This document shows, piece after piece, positions 1 to 9,043 of a stretch of 64,000 nt of DNA. Both the position numbers and the translations under genes were made by a program. The stretch's first letter is position 1; each line of letters opens with the position of its first letter. The notes under the pieces were generated by a model. The model ran no database searches. It was given only the letters and a program-made list of their open reading frames with translations, and was not told the DNA's origin. The stretch lies in assembly GCA_964597775.1 (NCBI GenBank), contig CAZQZJ010000001.1, positions 6,033-70,032 of the forward strand. Direction: 5' to 3'. The stretch is from an uncultured Methanosarcinales archaeon (GTDB lineage Archaea > Nanobdellota > Nanobdellia > Woesearchaeales > JAGWAF01).

Positions 1-550
1 CCTATTGGTAATGGTAAAAAGATGTTGGAGATTGCAGCAGAACCGCTACTTGGTCCTTGTAATCTAGGTAATGTAACATAAAGATCATCTCCTTGTGATT
101 CAAAAGGAGGATAATCAACACTAATGCTTGTATAGTCTGATTGTATAAAAAGCGCTTTAGTGACTGGTACAAAAAGAAATTCTTTAGTTGCTTCGTCACC
201 AAATACAGAAAGATACTCAATAAATTGGGCATAGGTTTTTTCTTGCCATAGTTCTGGATGAGATATAAGCAGATCTGCTGCAGAATTTGATTGTTTTCTT
301 ACAAGATCTGGTAAGGTTGCAGGTAATGGGGTTTGTAGATAGACCATAAGTATGTAATGGTTTGTCCAGTCGTCTATACTTGAGCTTAGGGTGGTTGGTG
401 TAGCAATCCATAGTCCACTTGCTGCAAAAAGGATCATAAATCCTATAAAGACTATTGCTGTAGCAATAATTGCTGCGTAGTCCAAAAACCATCTGCTGAT
501 AAATCCTCTGGAATTGTTGATATTACTAAAAAATAATCTAGAGCGTATTT

Positions 551-1039
551 TCATGCTGGTTTCACCACTTTAATGGTTGCATCTGCTATTCGATCAGTTC
601 TGTCTCGTATAATAACAGGAACAGTGGTTATATTATAGTGAATACCTCCAGGTCCTGGTATGCTGATTTGTTCAATATATCGTCTAAACCAGTCTTTATT
701 GTAATAAAACACGTGATTTTCAATGGTTATTTCTGCTGCTATACTCTCTGGTTTTGAGTAACGAATATGGTTGAGTAATTCTTCTTCAAGATTTCTTAAG
801 CCAAGTTTTTCAGCATCGATAACTCCCATGCTTGGTCTGTTTGTAATTGGATCAATATAGATTAATGCTGGATCAGTTAGAATTCTGGCAGTGAGTAGTT
901 GCATCTGGGCATGGGTTGTATCTACCTCTGCTATGGTGTTATACATAATAATTGTTGTGATTCCTGTAATCACTGCAATAAGATAGATAAAGCTCCAAAT
1001 CCATCCAATAGTCCAGCTTGATAAGGTTCCTTTGCTCAT
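551..1039 (-). CDS. hypothetical membrane-anchored protein, distal gene of the amidase operon
   Basis: 162-aa ORF with an N-terminal hydrophobic helix (WTIGWIWSFIYLIAVITGITTII). Its start overlaps the stop of the upstream Amidase_3 gene by 4 nt (ATGA-type overlap). Confidence 0.4.
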   Translation of the reverse strand: MSKGTLSSWTIGWIWSFIYLIAVITGITTIIMYNTIAEVDTTHAQMQLLTARILTDPALIYIDPITNRPSMGVIDAEKLGLRNLEEELLNHIRYSKPESIAAEITIENHVFYYNKDWFRRYIEQISIPGPGGIHYNITTVPVIIRDRTDRIADATIKVVKPA

Positions 1040-2061
1040 TGTAATGCCTCAGTTGCATGTCTAATAGCTGTACCAAATGCTGCAGCGTGTTGTTGTAAAT
1101 ACGTTGTTTGTATTGGTGTATCCATACTTCCAAGTTCAATATAAACACCTACAGGTGTTGCTTCAAGAATATGTCTAGTATCATAAAGCTCAAGATGTGA
1201 TGGATCAATAGGAACAATCGCTGTGTGAGCAAGTCCTTCAATATCACTAAGGCTATTAATGATATTGCATGCAAGTGCTGCACTTTCAGATGCCTTGCTA
1301 CTTGTTGCATCGATATAAATCACTGCACTATATGAAATACTTCCTGTATGGATGCTGATAAGTGGTAGTTTAGCTTGTTGTATTGTGGCAATCCGTGCAG
1401 CTGGAGAAATGTACTGGTCAGTGGTTGTATCTCGTGTTGTTGGAAAATTGCCGAATTTGCCAAGTGACACTATTTTTCTTGTGATCTCTGCTTCATTACT
1501 AGGACCTTGTACTTCTCCAGTATCAATTTTGTTGAGACCATCAGAAAGTCCTCCGTGTCCTGGATCAATGATAGCAGCAGTAGGCTGATAGATAGGACAA
1601 CGTTGTTTTGCAAGTAATGGTTGTGTTGCAAAATCCTTAGTTGGTGTGATTGTAATGCTTTTTCCATTTTTGAGAAAAAAAATACTCTGTGGTTTAGATA
1701 AGATGCCTGTATTCAGATTGTAGAGTGAGGAAGAAGCATATGAGGAACGCATATCTCCAACATGTTGTTCTCCAGTCGGAGTAGAGATTACTTCAGTTGT
1801 GTGAATATCTGAACCTAGCTGGTACCAGAATCTGTTAAGGCTAATTGGATTGTAGTAGTAGGCAATATTAGATGGTATAGTGTTTATTATAGTCATGAGA
1901 AGTCCCATGTCTGTAGTGATGGCTAATTTGTCAAAGTAGGTGCTTTCATTTAATGGTTTGATAAAAAATCCAAAGAGTGCTGCGCCGATAGTAATGGCAA
2001 GAACAATTTCAAAAAGAACCATGGTGATGTCAAAGAGTTCGCTTTGTCCGCGTTTGTTCAT
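1036..2061 (-). CDS. membrane-anchored N-acetylmuramoyl-L-alanine amidase (Amidase_3 family) domain protein
   Basis: The N-terminus MNKRGQSELFDITMVLFEIVLAITIGAALFGFF is class-III-signal or TM-like. The C-terminal half shows the Amidase_3 hallmarks: IIDPGHGGLSDG (viDaGHGG.DpG), TRDTTTDQYISPAARIATIQQAKLPLISIHTGS (TRdsD...slfiSiHaNa) and VYIELGSMD (vLvElGFisN). Confidence 0.65.
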   Translation of the reverse strand: MNKRGQSELFDITMVLFEIVLAITIGAALFGFFIKPLNESTYFDKLAITTDMGLLMTIINTIPSNIAYYYNPISLNRFWYQLGSDIHTTEVISTPTGEQHVGDMRSSYASSSLYNLNTGILSKPQSIFFLKNGKSITITPTKDFATQPLLAKQRCPIYQPTAAIIDPGHGGLSDGLNKIDTGEVQGPSNEAEITRKIVSLGKFGNFPTTRDTTTDQYISPAARIATIQQAKLPLISIHTGSISYSAVIYIDATSSKASESAALACNIINSLSDIEGLAHTAIVPIDPSHLELYDTRHILEATPVGVYIELGSMDTPIQTTYLQQHAAAFGTAIRHATEALQ

Positions 2062-3587
2062 GTTTTTATGATCCCTTTGCAGCTGTTTTGCAGTTCTATG
2101 TCTGTCTTATTTTTTTCGCAAAGTATAGTAATAGCTTCCTGTAATGTAATGCGTTTATCTCCTATACTAAGATCAAAACTAGGTTGTTTGTTAATAAGAG
2201 TAGAATATTCTCTAAGAGATTCGCGTGGTTTATTTTGTTGTCCAAATGCATATCCAAGCTGAAACCTTGCATAGTTAAGCTGAGTACTAGAAGGATATAT
2301 GTTGATATAGTGTATTAGTTTTTCTGTAGCCATAGCCCATTTTTCAGTATCAAATGCAAGACTTGCGCGTAGATAATCAGCTTCTTCTGATGTTGGAAGA
2401 GCACGAACTTGTTCATGTATAGTTTGTATTAATTTTTTGACTCGTTGTTGTTCTGCAAGGTTTTGTGATTGTTGTAATTTTTTGATGTTATCCATGGCAA
2501 TTTGTAATGCTTGAATCTGTGATTCAATATTAGGTGATTGAGCTGCTTTAATCAGGAGTTCGACTGCATCAGCAAGAAGAATTGGTTGTGGATTTTTCAT
2601 ATCTTCTTGTTGTATTGTGGAGAGTTTGAGTTTTGGATAAAGGGTTGTGATGACAATTGGTGGTGATTGGCTAAAATCAAGAAGAGCTTGTGCAGCAATA
2701 GTGTACACTGATGAAACTGTTTCAGGTTCATCAGATCGAATTTTCCAGAATTGGTGTGCATCTGTAAAGAGTTGTTCATACTTTTTGCGTACTAAGAGAT
2801 TTTCAAAATCAGCTGGTTCAATCTGATATTTGATTCGAAGATAGTCTGCGCGTTTGGATTCTTCTTCGCGTGCAGCTCCAATCATGATATATGTTTTGTC
2901 TTTGATAATAACTTTTTCTATGTATACGTTGCGTGTGTTCCAAACAGGTGTTGTTTTTTCATTTGTTATTCTTGAGTGTCCTACTGTAGAAACTGTTGTG
3001 CACTGTCCCATGAGTATGGTGTCAGCTGGTCTAGGAAGATACTCAGGAACATAAAATTGAGTAAGGCTATCATCAGCAATACCTCTAAAATTGTCAAGAT
3101 ACTGCTCTTCTGGTTTGAGTTCTATGGTGCTAAAACCTGTTAAGCGATATGCTGGTGACCAGATAATTGTTATATTCTTTAATAAAACACATTGAGCAGG
3201 TTGGTCACGCTTGTGTACATCAACAATACAAAGACAGCTTATACCTTCCTGGCAAGTCTTTGGTCTATTGATATACAATGTTTTTCTACAATTTCCTCGA
3301 ACAAATGCTGTAGTTTTGCCAAATCCTACAAGGGTTAGTTCAGGATCAATAAAATATGGCATTGTTGTTGTAGCTACCTTGTTTTTATTGTTAAGAAGTT
3401 GTGTAACTGCAGTGCTAAGGCTTCTAAGGTTCTCAAGTGATGTTTGGTGTGGTGGTGCTGTTAAGATAGTAGCCACGTCTCCAGCAAAGAAGACAACCTT
3501 ACTAAATATAAAAAAGATTAGGACTAGCACAAGCATTTCTATATTTATTTCGATTATACCTAAAGAGTTTTTTCTTCTCAATTTCAT
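2058..3587 (-). CDS. hypothetical membrane-anchored protein with TPR-like C-terminus (first gene of the amidase operon)
   Basis: 509 aa with an N-terminal TM (MLVLVLIFFIFSKVVFFAG) and a C-terminal helical TPR-like segment. Its stop overlaps the amidase start by 4 nt. Confidence 0.45.
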   Translation of the reverse strand: MKLRRKNSLGIIEINIEMLVLVLIFFIFSKVVFFAGDVATILTAPPHQTSLENLRSLSTAVTQLLNNKNKVATTTMPYFIDPELTLVGFGKTTAFVRGNCRKTLYINRPKTCQEGISCLCIVDVHKRDQPAQCVLLKNITIIWSPAYRLTGFSTIELKPEEQYLDNFRGIADDSLTQFYVPEYLPRPADTILMGQCTTVSTVGHSRITNEKTTPVWNTRNVYIEKVIIKDKTYIMIGAAREEESKRADYLRIKYQIEPADFENLLVRKKYEQLFTDAHQFWKIRSDEPETVSSVYTIAAQALLDFSQSPPIVITTLYPKLKLSTIQQEDMKNPQPILLADAVELLIKAAQSPNIESQIQALQIAMDNIKKLQQSQNLAEQQRVKKLIQTIHEQVRALPTSEEADYLRASLAFDTEKWAMATEKLIHYINIYPSSTQLNYARFQLGYAFGQQNKPRESLREYSTLINKQPSFDLSIGDKRITLQEAITILCEKNKTDIELQNSCKGIIKT

Positions 3588-3703
3588 AGTATTCTTCTTC
3601 AGAAAAATGGTATATAAATGATTCCTTCTAAATGGTGTTGGTCAAAATGTGTCACTGGCTTTTTTATAGTATTTTTGGTGTACTTGTTTAGCTCCACAGG
3701 CAT

Positions 3704-3916
3704 GGCAGGAGCGCTGGCGTGGGACGCAACAAGGTCGCATTTCGACCTTGTGCACAGCGAAGCCGAAGGCTTCGATTGTGTCAAGATGCGAGCACTGTTT
3801 TAATGTAATGCGCAAATCCGACGAGGTTCCATGGAGGAGGATTTCTTAGCATAGTGATATGAAGTGCGAGCGACGTCCCATTTTTGCGCAAGCAAAAATA
3901 AGCCAGCGCTCCTGCC
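3704..3916. ncRNA. GC-rich structured element, candidate ncRNA of unknown class
   Basis: A sharp GC-rich island in an AT-rich genome. A 15-bp closing helix ggcaggagcgctggc (3704-3718) pairs with gccagcgctcctgcc (3902-3916). A nested helix gggacg/cgtccc and internal hairpins (caaggtcg..cgaccttg; cgaagcc-gaa-ggcttcg) are also visible. Only short overlapping ORFs on both strands lie here. Confidence 0.3.
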
Positions 3917-4027
3917 TTCAAAGAGGAGTTAAACAAGTACGTTTTTGGTTACGAGATAAAGACCCTTCTTTATAGGTATCTTCTTGGGATATACAACTTT
4001 TTAAATCTTAGAAATATCCTGAATACT

Positions 4028-4903
4028 ATGAACAAAACATTAACTCTTAGTCTCACTGGACTGCTCAGCTTATCACCACTTCTGGCAGAATCCCCTTACA
4101 TTCCTTCAGCAAAAACTCCGCTTATCTCTTCTTCTAGGTCTCTTGAAGCAAGGATTTTGCCACATGCCAAGATATGGCAGCTTCAACATGTCCCAAAGCT
4201 ATATCAGCCCACCACAGTTTATATTATTGCCCAAGAACATTTCCAAAAAGGGTTGAGTTTGGAAGGAAAAGAAATTCCCTACATCGAATCTCATCTTGCA
4301 CAAGTCCAGGCACAAATCTACAAAACCCTTGAGATTCTTGTCAGTCTTAATCATATACGTCTTATTATAGGTGAAGGGCTTCCGCCAGGGGTATATGATC
4401 CATTTGCCAACATAACCCCAGATCAAAGAAAGATTTTTTTATTAGAAAAACAAGAACACCTCTATGATCTCACACAAATTAATTACCTAACTAAGGTATT
4501 CAAACTTAATCCGCTGACTCTATCCTATCAGTTTTTTTCCCAAAACAATCCTGGTGTTATGGTTTATGGAATTAATGATGCTTCCCTTCTTACTAAAGGG
4601 TTTAGTTTAGACCGCGAATTCTTAGACTTTGCTAGAAAAGGGGAATTAGATAAAAGATCGCAAAAGAGAATGCAGGAAATTTCGCAAGAAACTAGTCGAT
4701 TAAATAAACAAAGGTCAGAACAAGCTGTACTAGAAGGGTTCAGTATAGCCAACCAACTCTTCAAGAGCAGGAAAATAATAAAAAAAGACCATATTCACGT
4801 TATCGGACTTGGGCATGTCAACGAAATGGCCAGAGTTTACGAAAAGATTGAATGTAATGTAGTTTTGATTATTCCGTTAGCCTGCAAGTATCTTTATGAA
4901 TGA
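4028..4903 (+). CDS. secreted hypothetical protein (signal peptide), atypical codon usage
   Basis: 291 aa with the signal-like N-terminus MNKTLTLSLTGLLSLSPLLAESP. Codons end in C far more often (ctc, ctg, ccc, ttc) than in neighbouring genes. Confidence 0.5.
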   Translation: MNKTLTLSLTGLLSLSPLLAESPYIPSAKTPLISSSRSLEARILPHAKIWQLQHVPKLYQPTTVYIIAQEHFQKGLSLEGKEIPYIESHLAQVQAQIYKTLEILVSLNHIRLIIGEGLPPGVYDPFANITPDQRKIFLLEKQEHLYDLTQINYLTKVFKLNPLTLSYQFFSQNNPGVMVYGINDASLLTKGFSLDREFLDFARKGELDKRSQKRMQEISQETSRLNKQRSEQAVLEGFSIANQLFKSRKIIKKDHIHVIGLGHVNEMARVYEKIECNVVLIIPLACKYLYE

Positions 4904-4945
4904 TAATGCAGCGCCTCTGCAACTGATATGGGCTTAATAAGTATC

Positions 4946-5452
4946 TTATGCAAATACAGATACTAGTGTAAATGGTTTTTTTGTGCATGGTATTGGATTA
5001 TCTATAAACATCTTTGAAGGGCTTATGCATTTGCCCTTCTCTACTTCTACAGTACACTTGTTTTTAGTACGTTCTGTTGGGTTAAGATCACATGCATCAG
5101 GCATGCCATCTTCATCTTTATCACATTGATTTGATCCTCTTGCTTGTTCAAGAGCAATCCCTGTCTTGCCTCCTCCAAGTTGTGGAAAAATACAAAAGTC
5201 ACAGCTATCTGGTGCACAGTCACCATCTTTATCTAGATTGCTAATTGCACAAAAACCATTAGTCTGAGTTAAACCTCCTTGAATTACGCAGGATGTATAT
5301 CTCTTTCCTGAATCAAATACAGAAAGTTGGGTTGAAATTGTGTTCGAAGGTTTTGTAAAAATATGAAAAAGAACAATCACAACAAGCATGCTAAGAACAA
5401 AAATTGCAATAGTCTCAATTGAGAGTCCTTGTCCTTTCTTGTATAGCATCAT
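4946..5452 (-). CDS. pilin-like protein (class III signal peptide) with thrombospondin-type-3-like Ca-binding motifs
   Basis: MMLYKKGQ|GLSIETIAIFVLSMLVVIVLF is the archaeal prepilin pattern KG(Q) followed by a hydrophobic helix. Motifs DKDGDCAPD and DKDEDGMPDACD follow, and the protein is Cys-rich. Confidence 0.55.
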   Translation of the reverse strand: MMLYKKGQGLSIETIAIFVLSMLVVIVLFHIFTKPSNTISTQLSVFDSGKRYTSCVIQGGLTQTNGFCAISNLDKDGDCAPDSCDFCIFPQLGGGKTGIALEQARGSNQCDKDEDGMPDACDLNPTERTKNKCTVEVEKGKCISPSKMFIDNPIPCTKKPFTLVSVFA

Positions 5453-5700
5453 ATCTTATCAAGACAGCAGGTTCTCTTTTTTGAGTCCACATCTGAACAC
5501 GAGTAGGATATAGCTTTAAGTTGACAATTCTTGATTTGTTCAGAATCCTGACATTCTCCTCCTTTTTCTTCGCATCCAGATAATCCTGTTGAGAATTTGC
5601 CAGTTTGTCTTGTGAGGATAATACCAATAACTAACAAAATAAGTAGAACCAGGACAGCGACTACAATTGTTGAGAGTGCGAGTTCTTGGGCTTTACGCAT
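5449..5700 (-). CDS. small Cys-rich pilin-like protein (class III signal peptide)
   Basis: MRKAQELALSTIVVAVLVLLILLVIGIIL at the N-terminus, followed by a short Cys-rich globular tail. Confidence 0.55.
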   Translation of the reverse strand: MRKAQELALSTIVVAVLVLLILLVIGIILTRQTGKFSTGLSGCEEKGGECQDSEQIKNCQLKAISYSCSDVDSKKRTCCLDKI

Positions 5701-5726
5701 AGAGATTAGGGAATTGTGGTGGTATT

Positions 5727-6064
5727 TTAAGGCTTCGAAAATATTTCGCGAAGAATATAATGTGGTTTAATAATTATAATAATTGGTATGATAAGGTCTG
5801 TTGCTGTTTTGCCATATTCATAGATTCTATTTCCAAAGATAATTATAATAAGAAGAAGTGCAAGTAGTCCAAGCACAAGATATCCAATGTAATCAGTTAC
5901 TAAAAAGCCTTGTTTCAAAAAAACCACCGCATGTTGCTAAATATTTTTTGAAAACCGCCTTGTTGATAAGAGAGTATAGCAAGAATAACAAGAAGCATTA
6001 CAAGCATGAGGATAATGTACATCATATTGTCAGTAAGAAAGTCTCCGCGTTTGTTAGGGATCAT
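5727..6064 (-). pseudogene. small two-TM pilin-like membrane protein interrupted by a homopolymer (T7) frameshift
   Basis: The minus-strand reading MIPNKRGDFLTDNMMYIILMLVMLLVILAILSYQQGGFQKIFSNMRWFF stops at a T7 run (plus-strand A7 at 5917-5923). With T8 the frame continues into ORF 5727..5927 (LKQGFLVTDYIGYLVLGLLALLLIIII...). The MIPNKR N-terminus resembles ORF 49821. Confidence 0.35.
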
Positions 6065-6276
6065 AGTATTGAATCCAATTATGGTGTCTGTTTATAATGT
6101 TTATTAAACATTCTTCTCAGGAAGTCTTCTCTGTCGATAAAGCAAGGCATATGAAAAAATGGGAGCGCCCATTTTTTTATTTCTCAAATGGGTTCATACC
6201 ACGATGCTCTGCATCGGATATATTTACCTATTTGAGATTAAAAAATACCCCTGGGCTCTGTCCAGGTTGGGATTTT

Positions 6277-7185
6277 TTATTTTTGACGTGAGATACCAAG
6301 TTCTGTGCAGCCTAATTGTTCAAGTTTTTGTTTGGTAAGTGGTACAAACCATGTTGATGCATACCATTGGTATGGGGTGTTTTTTAGATAGGCTAATACA
6401 GCTGCATATGCTGTGCTTCCTGTGGCTAGGATTCCTCCTGCTGTGGCAATGGTGAGTCCTGTTGTTGTACCTATAATTGGGATGACACTCATTATAAGGA
6501 TGCCTGCCTTGATCATGCCATATCCTGCAACCATGCCTGCTGCTCCTGGTGCTGCTGCTTCAAGATTTGTCATAAATATTTGAGTCATCTCGCCACGGCC
6601 TTTTGCATAGACAATGATTGTGGCATAGAGATCCTGTACTGCAGGGTCTATCATATCAGGTAGTTGTTTTCTGTTTTCCTCAATCTTATCAAGTTGCTGA
6701 CTTGTAAAAGTTGTATATCCACTAAGGTATTCTGCATAGGTGTGTTTGTTGTTTGGCATTTTGGTGGTGAGAAGATAGGTATTTAGTCCAGTAAGTGGTG
6801 TTGTTTTATCCTTAAATTCGATATAGGAACAAATTCCGCAATAGATGCCACTTCCTGCAAAAAGTTCTAGTTTGCCTTGGCCAAATCTACTCCAGCATGA
6901 TGTCATAGTTTGAGCAATGTCATATCGTGTTTTGTGCTGGGCTTCTTCAGATTGTATATCATTAATATACAGATTTTCAGTATCACAAGTAATTGCACTG
7001 CCAAAATCAAAGGATTTGGTGTGTAGCAGGGCTGCTTTGTAGATGCTATCCCGGCAGATCTCTGTTGGAATGCCAGATTCAACTGTTGAGAAAAGTTGGG
7101 ACCAATAGTAAATAGCAAGAAATAATGTGATAATTAAGATGATGATTCCAAGTGTTGTCTCATTGATGATATTTGCACGTTTCAT
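6277..7185 (-). CDS. pilin-like surface protein, paralog A
   Basis: The likely true start is the internal Met (MKRANIINETTLGIIILIITLFLAIYYW). It is paralogous to 7182..7940, sharing the conserved central Cys pair YCGICSYIEF / FCILCSRITT. Confidence 0.5.
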   Translation of the reverse strand: MKRANIINETTLGIIILIITLFLAIYYWSQLFSTVESGIPTEICRDSIYKAALLHTKSFDFGSAITCDTENLYINDIQSEEAQHKTRYDIAQTMTSCWSRFGQGKLELFAGSGIYCGICSYIEFKDKTTPLTGLNTYLLTTKMPNNKHTYAEYLSGYTTFTSQQLDKIEENRKQLPDMIDPAVQDLYATIIVYAKGRGEMTQIFMTNLEAAAPGAAGMVAGYGMIKAGILIMSVIPIIGTTTGLTIATAGGILATGSTAYAAVLAYLKNTPYQWYASTWFVPLTKQKLEQLGCTELGISRQK

Positions 7186-7940
7186 GCTAATGGCTCTGGT
7201 GTTTTTTGGTCTGGTAGTTGTTGATGAAACTCTGTGCAAGCAAGTAGTGGTATTTTAGTAGTTGGTAGAAATACTAGATGTGATTCAAATTTCTCTTGCA
7301 GTCTATTGATTGCAATTATATCATATGAGGTTTCTTTATTAATAGTTACTAGATCTGGTGCAGGGTTCTCGTTTGGAAATGGAAGTGTTTCTTGTTGTTG
7401 TGGATTAATAAAAAGGTGGTATAGTGCCTCAGTTCCCCATGTTGTGGAGAGGATTTGGGTATATGTTTGTTTGTGATTAGGTGGTGTTGTGCTGCGCAGG
7501 TATTGTTTTAGTTGTATGCTTGGTAGTGTGGTGCTTGTTGTAATGCGTGAGCAGAGAATGCAGAATGTGCCTGTGCCAATGCCTTGTGTTTGATATCCTA
7601 TCTTGTTGTTATTGCCATTTGTTTTATACCAGCATTCCCTAAGATGTTCTGCAATCCTAGATTTAATATTAAGGCTATCATCTCCTATAAGGGTTTCAAC
7701 ATGTGCTTCGCAGTTAATTCCTGGGTTTGATAATACTAGTTTTCCTGCTTTTCCTGCTGCTGTACTAATTTTGTTAAGATATTCAGTCTTAAGTCCTATA
7801 CTCAATTTGCATCGTGCATCTCTACTAATCTCTTCGTGGGACTGGGTGTATTTTTGGACCATGACAACTAAAGCAAGGATAATAATAAGGGGAACAATAA
7901 AATTAAGAAATGTGATTTGAACGGATTGCGCTTTCTTCAT
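7182..7940 (-). CDS. pilin-like surface protein, paralog B
   Basis: The N-terminus is MKKAQSVQITFLNFIVPLIIILALVVMV. It is a paralog of the downstream gene. Confidence 0.5.
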   Translation of the reverse strand: MKKAQSVQITFLNFIVPLIIILALVVMVQKYTQSHEEISRDARCKLSIGLKTEYLNKISTAAGKAGKLVLSNPGINCEAHVETLIGDDSLNIKSRIAEHLRECWYKTNGNNNKIGYQTQGIGTGTFCILCSRITTSTTLPSIQLKQYLRSTTPPNHKQTYTQILSTTWGTEALYHLFINPQQQETLPFPNENPAPDLVTINKETSYDIIAINRLQEKFESHLVFLPTTKIPLLACTEFHQQLPDQKTPEPLA

Positions 7941-8093
7941 AATACACCTGTTGTAAGTGTTTTGGTTTTAATGATGTTCCAAATCAACAGTAAGAAGATG
8001 ATAACCAGAATTGCCATGATAAGGTAAAATAGTGTAGATTCAGTCATTCCACGTTTTAACATACATAGACAATAAAAACAGGCTATTTAATTC

Positions 8094-8375
8094 TTACGAC
8101 CTTAGTTTGCAGCAGCAATGGGATCCTTCAGGTACATCGCTTATAAAGGCTGTAATCTCAGGAGTTTCGCTTGAGCAAGTTGTTGTCTGAACTGTACCTG
8201 AGGCATAACCACGATTTTCGCAGTTTGAATTGCATGTATTTTGTTCAACCTTGCTTACTCCAATGCCAAACTTGCCAAGTCTGCCAGTAAAGATAGCCAC
8301 AAGGACTACAAGTACAATAAGTGCTATTGCAGCAACAACAATGACTGTTACAGAAAGCTCCTGTGCCTTTTTCAT
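8094..8375 (-). CDS. small Cys-rich pilin-like protein (class III signal peptide)
   Basis: The N-terminus MKKAQELSVTVIVVAAIALIVLVVLVAIFTG is nearly identical to that of 5449..5700. Confidence 0.55.
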   Translation of the reverse strand: MKKAQELSVTVIVVAAIALIVLVVLVAIFTGRLGKFGIGVSKVEQNTCNSNCENRGYASGTVQTTTCSSETPEITAFISDVPEGSHCCCKLRS

Positions 8376-8441
8376 GAATTTTAACAGTATCCTAACTCTT
8401 ATATAAAGATTGGCATTTAAAAATTCGTTTTAAGCGAATTT

Positions 8442-8921
8442 TTACTCAGGATTTCTATCTTGCACCCATTCTGCATATTGTGGATTGCTCATAAAGTCTT
8501 GCTCTTTAATATCTTCGATTACATAGTGTGTAATCTTTTGTTTGATGCTAAACTGTGTTTCAAGTTGGTCAAAGAAGTGTTCAACCTCGCCTACATTAGT
8601 ATATATGCCTTCAAAGAGAAAGTCAAATCCGTTGTTTATTCTCCATAATGAATTAATGTTGGGGTGATGGAGTAGGTGTTGGCGTAGTGCATCTTTTTGG
8701 TTTTTATGGACGCTGATTAGGACGTATGCCTTTGTTGCAAATCCTAGCATGCCAAAATCAGCGATGATAGTATATTTTTTGATAAAGCGCGCTTTGAGTA
8801 GTCTTTCATAGAGGGTAGAAACTGGTATACCTGTTTTTTTGCTCATCTGGGTTAATTGCATACGTGCATTGTTGCGTAAATGGCATAAGATCATCGTGTC
8901 TTTTTTGTTCATGGTATTCAC
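8442..8921 (-). CDS. Lrp/AsnC family transcriptional regulator
   Basis: The HTH_AsnC N-terminus (ILCHLRNNARMQLTQMSKKTGIPVSTLYERL) is followed by a RAM-like C-terminal domain, 159 aa in all. Confidence 0.75.
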   Translation of the reverse strand: MNTMNKKDTMILCHLRNNARMQLTQMSKKTGIPVSTLYERLLKARFIKKYTIIADFGMLGFATKAYVLISVHKNQKDALRQHLLHHPNINSLWRINNGFDFLFEGIYTNVGEVEHFFDQLETQFSIKQKITHYVIEDIKEQDFMSNPQYAEWVQDRNPE

Positions 8922-9043
8922 CTCGTTGTTGGTAAGAATAGAATGTGCTCAGATACCTTATACTTTTTCAGTATATCTTATAAGATAGCTTATAGTTATA
9001 TATAACCAATATTATTATATACTTAGAAAATAGGTGATTAAAG

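Noticed and set aside
2-492. Two short minus-strand ORFs at the window edge (2-232, 217-492)
   Set aside because: The sequences are low-complexity and hydrophobic with no recognisable domain, and the window edge truncates them. They may be the 3' part of a longer, possibly frameshifted gene, but this cannot be supported from this window.
3599-3803. Overlapping 61-aa ORFs on both strands (3599-3784 minus, 3618-3803 plus)
   Set aside because: They lie within the GC-rich palindromic structured island. Complementary strands giving mirror ORFs is the signature of an RNA or palindromic element, not of proteins.
6097-6291. 64-aa ORF MFIKHSSQEV... containing MKKWERPFFYF
   Set aside because: It coincides with the recurrent atgaaaaaatgggagcgccc nucleotide motif found in two other intergenic sites where it is not in a long ORF. 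This is more likely a non-coding motif than a protein.
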